Below are positions 38,768-46,475 of a stretch of 64,000 nt of DNA, one piece after another. Each line of letters starts with the position of its first letter. Positions within the stretch are counted from its first letter, which is position 1. The stretch comes from Chloroflexota bacterium (GTDB lineage Bacteria; Chloroflexota; Limnocylindria; Limnocylindrales; CSP1-4): positions 62,841 to 126,840 of the forward strand of contig PLLE01000046.1 of NCBI GenBank assembly GCA_003141245.1. The letters run 5' to 3'. The notes beneath the pieces are model-generated. The model was not told where the DNA came from, searched no databases, and saw only the letters and a list, made by a program, of their open reading frames with translations. The position numbers were made by a program, and so were the translations under genes.

Positions 38768-39043
38768 ATGGCCCACAAGCTGAACCTGAGCATCAGGGCG
38801 ACGAACGGAGCCCAGTGGGAGACCGACGAGTTCGGGCTCAACCAGCGGGTCGATCATGTTCGTAAAGCAGCCGAGAAGCATTTCGAGCAGGCGGGAGAGA
38901 TGTCGCCCGGCGACTACCTCCTCGGCCTTGTGGTCGATGGCACGATCCAGGACCTGATCGACTCGGAGAAACTTGAGGACGCAGGCATCAAGGACGGTTC
39001 CGTGCTTGTGCTCAAGCCCCGCGGCGGCCAGGTGGACGGCTAG
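38768..39043 (+). CDS. ubiquitin-like (beta-grasp) protein with C-terminal RGG-QVDG
   Basis: 91 aa with an AGGAGA RBS. 'DLIDSEKLEDAGIKDGSVLVLKPRGGQVDG' parallels the ubiquitin C-terminus (..LVLRLRGG). First gene of the E2/JAB/E1 operon. Confidence 0.75.
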   Translation: MAHKLNLSIRATNGAQWETDEFGLNQRVDHVRKAAEKHFEQAGEMSPGDYLLGLVVDGTIQDLIDSEKLEDAGIKDGSVLVLKPRGGQVDG

Positions 39044-39469
39044 ATGAAGCCCGAGCTAGCCGAGGAACTTCTCGATGGAGAGCTTGAAGTAGTCCGGGAC
39101 TCCATCAGCTCCCGCGGGGTGACGGTCTGGCGCGAGGGTACGGACGTGTTCGTGCAATTCGAACACGGTCGGGATGGGAATCCCGGGGTATTCAGACTCG
39201 CCTGTGGACAGTTCGACGCCGAGTCGCCCTCGGTGTCGATGGTCGACCCCACAGCGCACACCGAGCTGTCGATGGAGCAGTGGACGCCGGGCGTGCCGCA
39301 CAGCGTCCATCCCCTCACGGGCAAGCCGTTTGTGTGCCTGCAAGGGACCGCCGAATATCACACGCATCCCTCGCACCTCGCTGACAGTTGGGACCGCTAC
39401 CGTCGCGTCTTCCGGCTAAAGGAGACGGTCCACCGGCTTCTCCAGAAAGCGGGGGTTGCTGACGTATGA
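39044..39469 (+). CDS. UBC-like E2 ubiquitin-conjugating-enzyme homologue
   Basis: 'VHPLTGKPFVCLQG' mirrors the eukaryotic HPN...G.(I/V)CL catalytic-Cys motif. The start immediately follows the Ubl stop (TAGATG). Confidence 0.7.
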   Translation: MKPELAEELLDGELEVVRDSISSRGVTVWREGTDVFVQFEHGRDGNPGVFRLACGQFDAESPSVSMVDPTAHTELSMEQWTPGVPHSVHPLTGKPFVCLQGTAEYHTHPSHLADSWDRYRRVFRLKETVHRLLQKAGVADV

Positions 39470-39927
39470 TCCTCCACCTTTCCCGAAAGGCACTCGAGGA
39501 GGCCCGGCTCTTCTTCGAAGAGGCCGGTTCGCGCGGCTGCGAGGGAACTGGGATGCTGGCCGGAGTTCGCCTCGTCGACGGATGGCGCGCGGAGCGATTT
39601 CTGGCGCCCGAGCAGAGGGCGTCCGCGGGACCAGGCGTTTGGGTGGAGGTCGCAGATCGCGGCAAGGCCCAGATCGCGACGGCCCTCGGGCCAGGCGAGC
39701 TCTGGATCGCGCGGATCCACTCCCACCCGGGCGCGGCATTCCACAGTGCGACCGACGACAGCAATCCAGTCATCACCGCTGAGGGATCGTGGTCGATAGT
39801 CGTTCCCTACTTCGGGCTGGGCCTTCGGCGCGGGGCGGCTGCCTGCGCCTTCTTCATCAGGCAGGGTGGCAGGTGGCGCCAGGTCGCCCCAGATGATGTC
39901 GAGAGGTGTGTCCGTGTCGGAGCGTGA
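39466..39927 (+). CDS. JAB/MPN (JAMM) metallopeptidase
   Basis: Glu in 'GCEGTGML' and 'IHSHPGAAFHSATD' (HxH...S..D). ATGA overlap with E2. Confidence 0.85.
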   Translation: MILHLSRKALEEARLFFEEAGSRGCEGTGMLAGVRLVDGWRAERFLAPEQRASAGPGVWVEVADRGKAQIATALGPGELWIARIHSHPGAAFHSATDDSNPVITAEGSWSIVVPYFGLGLRRGAAACAFFIRQGGRWRQVAPDDVERCVRVGA

Positions 39928-41407
39928 CCTCGACCCTCGGACCGGACTCGTCCCAGGCCCCGGCGCGGCCGCACTGCTGCGCCGACTGGACTCGACCCGA
40001 GTACTGATTCGGACCACGGCCGACAGTGGCGCCCTGGCGCTGTCGCTCGCAAACCATCTGGTGCGCATATGCCCGAGCGTCGCTGTCGATGCTCCGCCAA
40101 TCGGCGTGAACCTGCCAGTCTTCGGTATGGGGACGCTGCCCGAGCTGGCGGCCCGTCTTCTAAACCAAGCACGGATCGGGCGAGCTGAGGGAGCGGAAGG
40201 CCCGGCGAACCTTGTCATCGGCGTCGGTGACGTCACCGCAGGAGCAGACCTCTACGTCTCCGCCAACGGGTGGTCGCTGCGGCTTAGCGTCGATCCCCAC
40301 GAACCCTTGGCCGGCAGAGGCCCGGCCGTCTCGGCAGCTGCGGCCCTCGCGGCGGCCGAGGTATTCAGGCGACTGCTGCCCGAACTGCCCGGGGTCCGGC
40401 TGGCTCGCGATTTCGAGTGGAACCTCTGCGATTACCGGACGCGCGTTTCGGAGGCCTTTCCGCCCGCAGCGCCAGTGGACGCCGTGTGCTTCGGCGCGGG
40501 ATCCGTGGGCTCCTCTCTTGTCCTTGCACTGCTGCTAAGCAGGGCTATGGGGGATCTGGTGGTCGTTGATGACGACCGGCTTGAGTCTCGCAACCGACTC
40601 AAGTACCCCGCCTGGATCGGAGAACCGGGCGTGCGCGCAAAGGTCGACTGGCTCCAGGGCCTGGCCCTAGGAACTTCCCTTCGGGTGACCCCTTACCACG
40701 GAAGCTGCGCCGATTGGCAGGAATCGGGCCCATCCGCCCCGGCGATGGCAGTCGCAGCGGTAGACACCAGGGAGGGCCGGAGGCAAGTAGCCGACGTCCT
40801 CGCCAGGGAGACCCTCAACGCTGGCATCGAGGGACTGGCGATGCACGTGAGCCGGAATCGCTTCGGGGACGGGCTGGCATGTGTGTATTGCCCTTACGTC
40901 GACACGTCCGACAGGGCCTCTGAGACCGATGTCCTCCGCGAACTCACCGGGCTGGATTCCGCCAGACTGCTGGAACTCCTCGGCGGGTCCAAACTCACGG
41001 CTGAGGACGTGAATCGGATGGTCGCCGGCGGCAGGCTATCGGAGGCCGACTTCGATCTCGTAGGCGGGCGCATTGGCGATGTGGCCAGGGCAAGGTTGTA
41101 CGCCGGCGCAAGAGTCAAGACAGGAAGCGGGATCGCCGAGGTGAATGCCCCGTTCGTCCCAGCGTTGGCTGGCGCCATCCTCGCCGCCGAGATGCTCAAA
41201 GCGCCTGGCTCCGCAGCGGTTCTCGATCGACGGGTGGACGTTGACTGCTCAGGGCTTCCGACCGGCTGGACGAGCAGGCCAGTTGCCGACCCGTCTGGGC
41301 GCTGCCTCTGTCACAGCCAGGTCCGGCGTCGCGCGTACCTCAGAGCCTGGCCCAAGGAGTATCCGCCGGCCGGAGTCGCCGAGCCTAAAGGAAACATGAA
41401 GCGATGA
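39914..41407 (+). CDS. ThiF/MoeB-type E1-like adenylating enzyme with N-terminal extra domain
   Basis: 'VCFGAGSVGSSLVLALLL...LVVVDDDRLESRNRLKY' is a Rossmann fold plus the Arg finger region. CxxC in 'ACVYCPY' and 'RCLCH'. GTG 39914 follows GAGAGG. ATG 39893/39896 are alternatives. Confidence 0.85.
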   Translation: MSERDLDPRTGLVPGPGAAALLRRLDSTRVLIRTTADSGALALSLANHLVRICPSVAVDAPPIGVNLPVFGMGTLPELAARLLNQARIGRAEGAEGPANLVIGVGDVTAGADLYVSANGWSLRLSVDPHEPLAGRGPAVSAAAALAAAEVFRRLLPELPGVRLARDFEWNLCDYRTRVSEAFPPAAPVDAVCFGAGSVGSSLVLALLLSRAMGDLVVVDDDRLESRNRLKYPAWIGEPGVRAKVDWLQGLALGTSLRVTPYHGSCADWQESGPSAPAMAVAAVDTREGRRQVADVLARETLNAGIEGLAMHVSRNRFGDGLACVYCPYVDTSDRASETDVLRELTGLDSARLLELLGGSKLTAEDVNRMVAGGRLSEADFDLVGGRIGDVARARLYAGARVKTGSGIAEVNAPFVPALAGAILAAEMLKAPGSAAVLDRRVDVDCSGLPTGWTSRPVADPSGRCLCHSQVRRRAYLRAWPKEYPPAGVAEPKGNMKR

Positions 41408-41820
41408 GCACCTCGTCCGCGCCCGAGCGCGAGTTGGCTGACTTCCTTGCCACGTGGACACGTCGTCGCCCTGGATGGCAGTTCGTCGGTACGGGCGGAA
41501 ACCGGAGGTTGCGTTCCGCCGAAGCGCTAGCCCGCGACCTCCTCGATGACGCGGAATTCGCGGAGTTCAGAGTCGCGGAATGGCTACGCACCCCAGAGGG
41601 GAGAATCGTCGAAGCAGCCGTCTCCCAGGTCCTACCATGGCCCGGGTCGGCGGAGTTTCAGCTCCTGGTCGAGGCGATATCCCTCGCGGCGAAGGCGAAG
41701 GCGAAGGCGAAGGCGAAGCAGAGGCAGCACATACGATTTGCGCTGCGGTTGCCCCTGCCTTGGACCATGTCGGTCTGGTGGCGTGGCTTTCCGGTCCAAC
41801 TTGCCTGCGGTGAGAGTTAG
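41404..41820 (+). CDS. hypothetical protein translationally coupled to E1
   Basis: 138 aa with an ATGA overlap to E1 and an AAGGA RBS. It contains the (AK)5 repeat 'AAKAKAKAKAKQ'. No family recognised. Confidence 0.5.
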   Translation: MSTSSAPERELADFLATWTRRRPGWQFVGTGGNRRLRSAEALARDLLDDAEFAEFRVAEWLRTPEGRIVEAAVSQVLPWPGSAEFQLLVEAISLAAKAKAKAKAKQRQHIRFALRLPLPWTMSVWWRGFPVQLACGES

Positions 41821-41909
41821 CCAGCGGAGCGATCCGACCGACATCGCGCCATCTAGTCGGTCCTAACTCCCATGTGGGGCAAGTTAGGCCGGATGCTGGC
41901 GCGGGCGAG

Positions 41910-44123
41910 TCAGCTCGCTTCGGCCACCGAGCGGTCGATCGTTTGCGCGACCGCGAAGCTGACGGTGAAGGTGGCGTGTTCGCCTGGCGCCAGCACGACC
42001 GGCCAGCGGAAGAGGAGCGAGCTGCCCTGGTAGGCGCGCTCGAAGCCGCCCTCGGAGTTGGAGACCGTTTCGACCGGGTACCAGGTCAGCCGCGCGGCGG
42101 GCTCGACCGTCGCCTCGACTCGGACGCCCTCGTAGTCGTTGCCGAAGGCCAGGCGGGAGGCAGCCGGCAGGTCGCCCGCGACATCGTGCGGGGTGCGGGC
42201 CGCGTCCTCGGTCTCGTAGTAGGCGGCCGGGTTGTGGCCGCCGCCGAGCAGGTTGACGTTCCACTCGACCGCAAGCTCGAAGGCGGCCGTCGCATCGCCC
42301 GGATTCTCGACCTTTGTCGTCAGCTCCAGCGCCGGCTTGAGGCGTGAGCCGCCGAAGCGGAACGTCTTCTCGACCGCCAGCGGCGAAGGCGGGCCATCGA
42401 CCAGCACGGAACCGAGACGCCGGGCTGAAACGCGATCGGACGCCAGCGTGTCCAGCTCGTAGGCCCCCTCCACGAAATCGCCGAGTTCCTCGTAGGTGGC
42501 GGCCACCAGCTGTTCCAGAGTCGTCGAGCCGTCGGCGGGGAGCAGATGAACGAGGCCGCTGCGGCGCTCGTGGCGATCGTAATGAAGGAGCGCGGCCAGG
42601 CCGGGCTCCTTGGTGGTGACGATGTCGTGGATCGTCTTTGGCGCATCGGCCGCGGCTGCCGCCAACGTGGTCTCGCCGATCGCCGACTCCTCGGCCGCGC
42701 GATCGTGGGCGATCAGCCGCTGGTGGTAGGCCTCGGGCCGGCGACGCAACACGGAACCCAGCGCGACGCGGCTCGCGTGTAGATCCCAGGAAGACACTCC
42801 TGCGCCTTCCGCCAGGTCGATGATCGCGGTCTGTCCCGCAGAAGTGACGAGCACCTCATCGATCGCGTCCAGGTCCGTGTCGACCAGCCGCGCGCCATAC
42901 GGCCGGCCGCCGTCCGCAGCCTCGGCGCCGTCCGCCAGATCCTCGGCGGCGATCAGGTGCGACAGCGTAGCCATGCGCATGTGGACGATGTATATCCCGC
43001 CGAAGAGGCCGTGCCAGTAGCAGTCGTTCGACTGGCCCTGATAGAGGTGGTCGAGCGCCCGCGCCCTGGCGGCCGCCTGCGCGCCCGGCCCTTCTGGCAT
43101 AGCGTCGACCTTTTCGGAGGCCCGCAGCATCTGCTTGTGGAGGTCGTTGACCTCGCGGTAGCGGGCGGCGTAGTTGCGCCAGAAGCCGCCGCGCAGGAAC
43201 CGCGCCTCGGGCAATCCCTTCTCGCGGGCGCGTTCGAGCAGGCTCACGAAAACGGGCGTCTCGTCCGGCGGGAGGACCCACTCGGTCATCTCCAGGTACG
43301 AGGCCGTGGGAAAGTAGACGCGGGTCGTCGGCGGCCGCCGCTCCAACCACTCGGACGGTGTCACCGTGGAGAGCCAGTCGGCGTTCGACTCGATCGCCTC
43401 GAAACAGCGATCGACCCAGTGCTCGCGGCTCCAGCAGTACTCGAACGTGCCCGGCCACGAGCCGAACTTCTCGCCGTCGTCGCCCATCATCCCGACGAAC
43501 CGGCCGTCCGGCGTCACCCGCGCCCGGAGGTACGAGATCAGGTCCTCGACCGGCTTGAACGGGATGCGGTAGCGCAGCCCCTGCTCGGTGCCGAAGACGG
43601 TCAGCCGCCGGCCGCGGTCGTCGGTCGTGAAAGCGGTCCACATCTCGTCCTCTCGGATCGAGGCGGCCCGGAGGTGGTTGTCGTCGAGCACGGTCCAGCG
43701 GTAGCCGGCCGCGGCCAGGTCGTACGCCAGAGACGGCTCCCAGACACGCTCGGCCAGCCAGGCCCCGGCCGGTCGCCGCCCGAACAGGCGCTCCAGCTTG
43801 TCGACCATGCGGACGAGCTGGCCATGGCGGTCGCGGTCGGGCAGGGTTACGAGGATCGGTTCGTAGTAGCCGCCGCCCACGATCTCGACCTGGTCCCGCT
43901 CCACCAGGCCGCGGATCTGCGCGATCGCTTCGGGCCGGTTGGCCGCCAGCCACTGCAGCAGCGGGCCACTGTAGTGGAGGGCGAGACGGATCCCGGGATG
44001 CCGCTCCAGCGCCCCCAGCAGCGGCGAGTAGGCTCGCTCGTAGACCTCCTCGATGACCCAGCCGAAGTTGCCGACGGGCTGATGGTTGTGGATGACGAGA
44101 GCGAGCGAGACGCGGCCGCCCAC
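41910..44123 (-). CDS. GH57-family alpha-glucan-active enzyme (4-alpha-glucanotransferase/amylopullulanase-like)
   Basis: 'VSLALVIHNHQPVGNF' and 'LALHYSGPLLQWL' in a 737-aa ORF. Confidence 0.85.
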   Translation of the reverse strand: MGGRVSLALVIHNHQPVGNFGWVIEEVYERAYSPLLGALERHPGIRLALHYSGPLLQWLAANRPEAIAQIRGLVERDQVEIVGGGYYEPILVTLPDRDRHGQLVRMVDKLERLFGRRPAGAWLAERVWEPSLAYDLAAAGYRWTVLDDNHLRAASIREDEMWTAFTTDDRGRRLTVFGTEQGLRYRIPFKPVEDLISYLRARVTPDGRFVGMMGDDGEKFGSWPGTFEYCWSREHWVDRCFEAIESNADWLSTVTPSEWLERRPPTTRVYFPTASYLEMTEWVLPPDETPVFVSLLERAREKGLPEARFLRGGFWRNYAARYREVNDLHKQMLRASEKVDAMPEGPGAQAAARARALDHLYQGQSNDCYWHGLFGGIYIVHMRMATLSHLIAAEDLADGAEAADGGRPYGARLVDTDLDAIDEVLVTSAGQTAIIDLAEGAGVSSWDLHASRVALGSVLRRRPEAYHQRLIAHDRAAEESAIGETTLAAAAADAPKTIHDIVTTKEPGLAALLHYDRHERRSGLVHLLPADGSTTLEQLVAATYEELGDFVEGAYELDTLASDRVSARRLGSVLVDGPPSPLAVEKTFRFGGSRLKPALELTTKVENPGDATAAFELAVEWNVNLLGGGHNPAAYYETEDAARTPHDVAGDLPAASRLAFGNDYEGVRVEATVEPAARLTWYPVETVSNSEGGFERAYQGSSLLFRWPVVLAPGEHATFTVSFAVAQTIDRSVAEAS

Positions 44124-44130
44124 TCGAGCT

Positions 44131-46335
44131 TCAGCCGTCCTTCGGATCGGGCGGCCCGCCGTCCGACCGCTTGCCGTCCACGCCCCTGGCGGGGAGGTAC
44201 ATGAGCTCGGTGTACTCGTGGAGCATCCGCTGCGAAGAGAACCGCCAGATCGTGCTGGCGATAGAACTCTTCATCTTGGCCGTCCAGCCGGCGGGCACGC
44301 CGCTCCTGTCGCGCCCGTAGTAGAGCGGCACGACCTCCTGCTCCAGGAGCCTATACAGATCTTGCGAGTCGGCGCGGTCCTGCGCGCGCTCGTCGGGGTT
44401 CGTTTCGCGGCCCCCGATGGCCCAACCGTTGCCGTCCTCGCCGTCCCAACCCTCGTCCCACCAGCCGTCGAGGACGGAGAGGTTGACGACGCCGTTGGCC
44501 GAGGCCTTCATGCCGCTGGTGCCCGAAGCCTCGAGAGGTCGGCGCGGGGTGTTCAGCCAGACGTCAACGCCCTGGACCATGAACCGGGCGACGCGGATGT
44601 CGTAGTCCTCCAGAATGAAGACTCGACCGCGCAGCTGGGGCGAGCGTGAGAGGGCGAAGATCTCCTGGATCACGTCCTGGCCGGGCCGGTCGGCCGGATG
44701 GGCCTTGCCGGCGAAGATGATCTGGATCGGCCGCTCCTTGTCCTTGAGCAGCCGGGAGATGCGCTCCATGTCGGTGAAGATGAGACCGGCTCGCTTGTAC
44801 GTGGCGAACCGGCGGGCGAAGCCGATCGTCAGCGCATCCGGGCTCAGGACGCTTTCCAGCTCCTTGAGGACGCTGGGCGCCTCGCCGTGGCGGGCGAACT
44901 GGTGGCGCAGCCGATTGCGGGCGAAGATCATCAGCTCGAGCTTCTGGCGCTGGTGAGCCTCCCACAGCTCGGCGTCGGGGATCCGCTTTGTCCGCAGCCA
45001 GAAACGCTTCGTGCCGTCGCGGGCGTCCAGGCTATCGAGCTGGACGTCGAGATAGCGCAGGAACAGGTCGCCCATTGGCTGGCCGACCCAGGTCGGCATG
45101 TGGACCCCGTTCGTGACCGCGATGATCCGCTTGTCGCCGACGCCCTGCCACGTCCCGTTGGCTGTGACGGCATGGAGCTTGCTGACGGCGTTGGCGCTGC
45201 TCGAGAGCCGCAGCGAGAGGGCGGTCATGTCCAACTGGGCCGGGTTGCCATCCACGCCGCGGGCCAGCTCCAGGACCCGCTCGATCGGGACGCCGCCGGT
45301 CCCCTTGCGCCCGTCGCCGTCGTAGAGCGGGCCCGCCACCTTCCGAACCAGGTCGGCGTCGAACCGCTCGTTGCCCGCCGCGACGGGGGTATGGATCGTG
45401 AAGACGCTGTCGGAGCGGACACGCTGGAAGGCCTCGTCCAGCGCCACTCCCTGGGCGACGAGGTCGCGGGTCCGCTCCACGAGGAGGAAGGCCGAGTGGC
45501 CTTCATTGAGGTGCCAGATAGAGGGCGATATGCCGAGCGCCTTGAGGGCCCGCACGCCGCCCGCTCCCAGGACGAGCTCCTGGTGCAGGCGCATCTCGCG
45601 ACCGCGGACGTACAGCATGTGGGTGATCGGGCGGTCCGACACCTCGTTGTCGGGGATGTCGGTGTCGAGGAACAGCACCGGCACGCGCCCGACCTGGACG
45701 CACCACACCGCGGCGTAGAGCATCCGCCCGGGCAGCTCGAGGGAGATTGTGAGAGGCTCGCCCTCCGGATCCGCGACGCGCAGGATCGGCAGGTGGGCCA
45801 GGTCGAAGTCCGGGTAGGCGTGCTCCTGGTGGCCGTCCGCGTCGATCGTCTGGCGGAAGTAGCCGTGCTTGTACAGCAGCCCCACGCCGACGAACGGCAT
45901 GGCCATGTTGCTGGCCGACTTGATCTGGTCGCCGGCCAGGATCCCCAAACCGCCCGAGTAGATTCCGAGCGATTCGTGGAAGCCGTACTCTGCGCAGAAG
46001 TAGGCGATCGGCCCGCCGAGGGCGGCGCCGTACTGGCGGTCGAACCAGTAGCCCTCTCCACCTGCCATGTAGCCGTCGAACTCGGCCAGGACCTGGCTGC
46101 ACTCGGCCATGAAGGCGGGATCGTCCTGCAGCTCCGCCCAGTCGATCGGCTGGGACAGAACCTCGATCGGGTTTCGATAGCGGGACCACGCGAGGCCGTC
46201 GATGCGGCTGAAGAGAGCCCGAGACCGCGGGTTCCAGCTCCACCACATGTTGTAGGCGAGGCGCCGCAAGCCCTCGAGCTGCGGGGGCAGCCTGAAGGAA
46301 GCGCCCGGAAGAGTGGGAACGTGGACAGGCTCCAT
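44131..46335 (-). CDS. glgP: alpha-glucan phosphorylase (GT35)
   Basis: PLP-Lys motif 'EASGTSGMKASANG'. I prefer ATG 46335 ('MEPVHVPTLPG') over the track start at 46437. Confidence 0.9.
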   Translation of the reverse strand: MEPVHVPTLPGASFRLPPQLEGLRRLAYNMWWSWNPRSRALFSRIDGLAWSRYRNPIEVLSQPIDWAELQDDPAFMAECSQVLAEFDGYMAGGEGYWFDRQYGAALGGPIAYFCAEYGFHESLGIYSGGLGILAGDQIKSASNMAMPFVGVGLLYKHGYFRQTIDADGHQEHAYPDFDLAHLPILRVADPEGEPLTISLELPGRMLYAAVWCVQVGRVPVLFLDTDIPDNEVSDRPITHMLYVRGREMRLHQELVLGAGGVRALKALGISPSIWHLNEGHSAFLLVERTRDLVAQGVALDEAFQRVRSDSVFTIHTPVAAGNERFDADLVRKVAGPLYDGDGRKGTGGVPIERVLELARGVDGNPAQLDMTALSLRLSSSANAVSKLHAVTANGTWQGVGDKRIIAVTNGVHMPTWVGQPMGDLFLRYLDVQLDSLDARDGTKRFWLRTKRIPDAELWEAHQRQKLELMIFARNRLRHQFARHGEAPSVLKELESVLSPDALTIGFARRFATYKRAGLIFTDMERISRLLKDKERPIQIIFAGKAHPADRPGQDVIQEIFALSRSPQLRGRVFILEDYDIRVARFMVQGVDVWLNTPRRPLEASGTSGMKASANGVVNLSVLDGWWDEGWDGEDGNGWAIGGRETNPDERAQDRADSQDLYRLLEQEVVPLYYGRDRSGVPAGWTAKMKSSIASTIWRFSSQRMLHEYTELMYLPARGVDGKRSDGGPPDPKDG

Positions 46336-46475
46336 CTGCAAGGCATCATATCCGACGGCAACGCGAGCATCGTCGCGCGTCACCGGCCGCCGAACGGACG
46401 TCCGAGGGATGCTTGCCGGCGTGCCCGCGACTACCATGGTCGGGCGAACTACTTCCGGGAGATTGGAGCAACTGC

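Noticed and set aside
38768-41820. Type II CBASS (E1/E2/JAB as Cap2/Cap3)
   Set aside because: There is no CD-NTase/cyclase or nucleotide-activated effector gene in or beside the operon. A dedicated Ubl gene is present instead.
33468-41900. An integrase, transposase or phage structural genes that would define the island as a prophage, ICE or transposon
   Set aside because: I searched all six-frame ORFs in the segment. None shows tyrosine/serine recombinase, DDE or capsid/tail-like motifs. The mobility mechanism is unknown.
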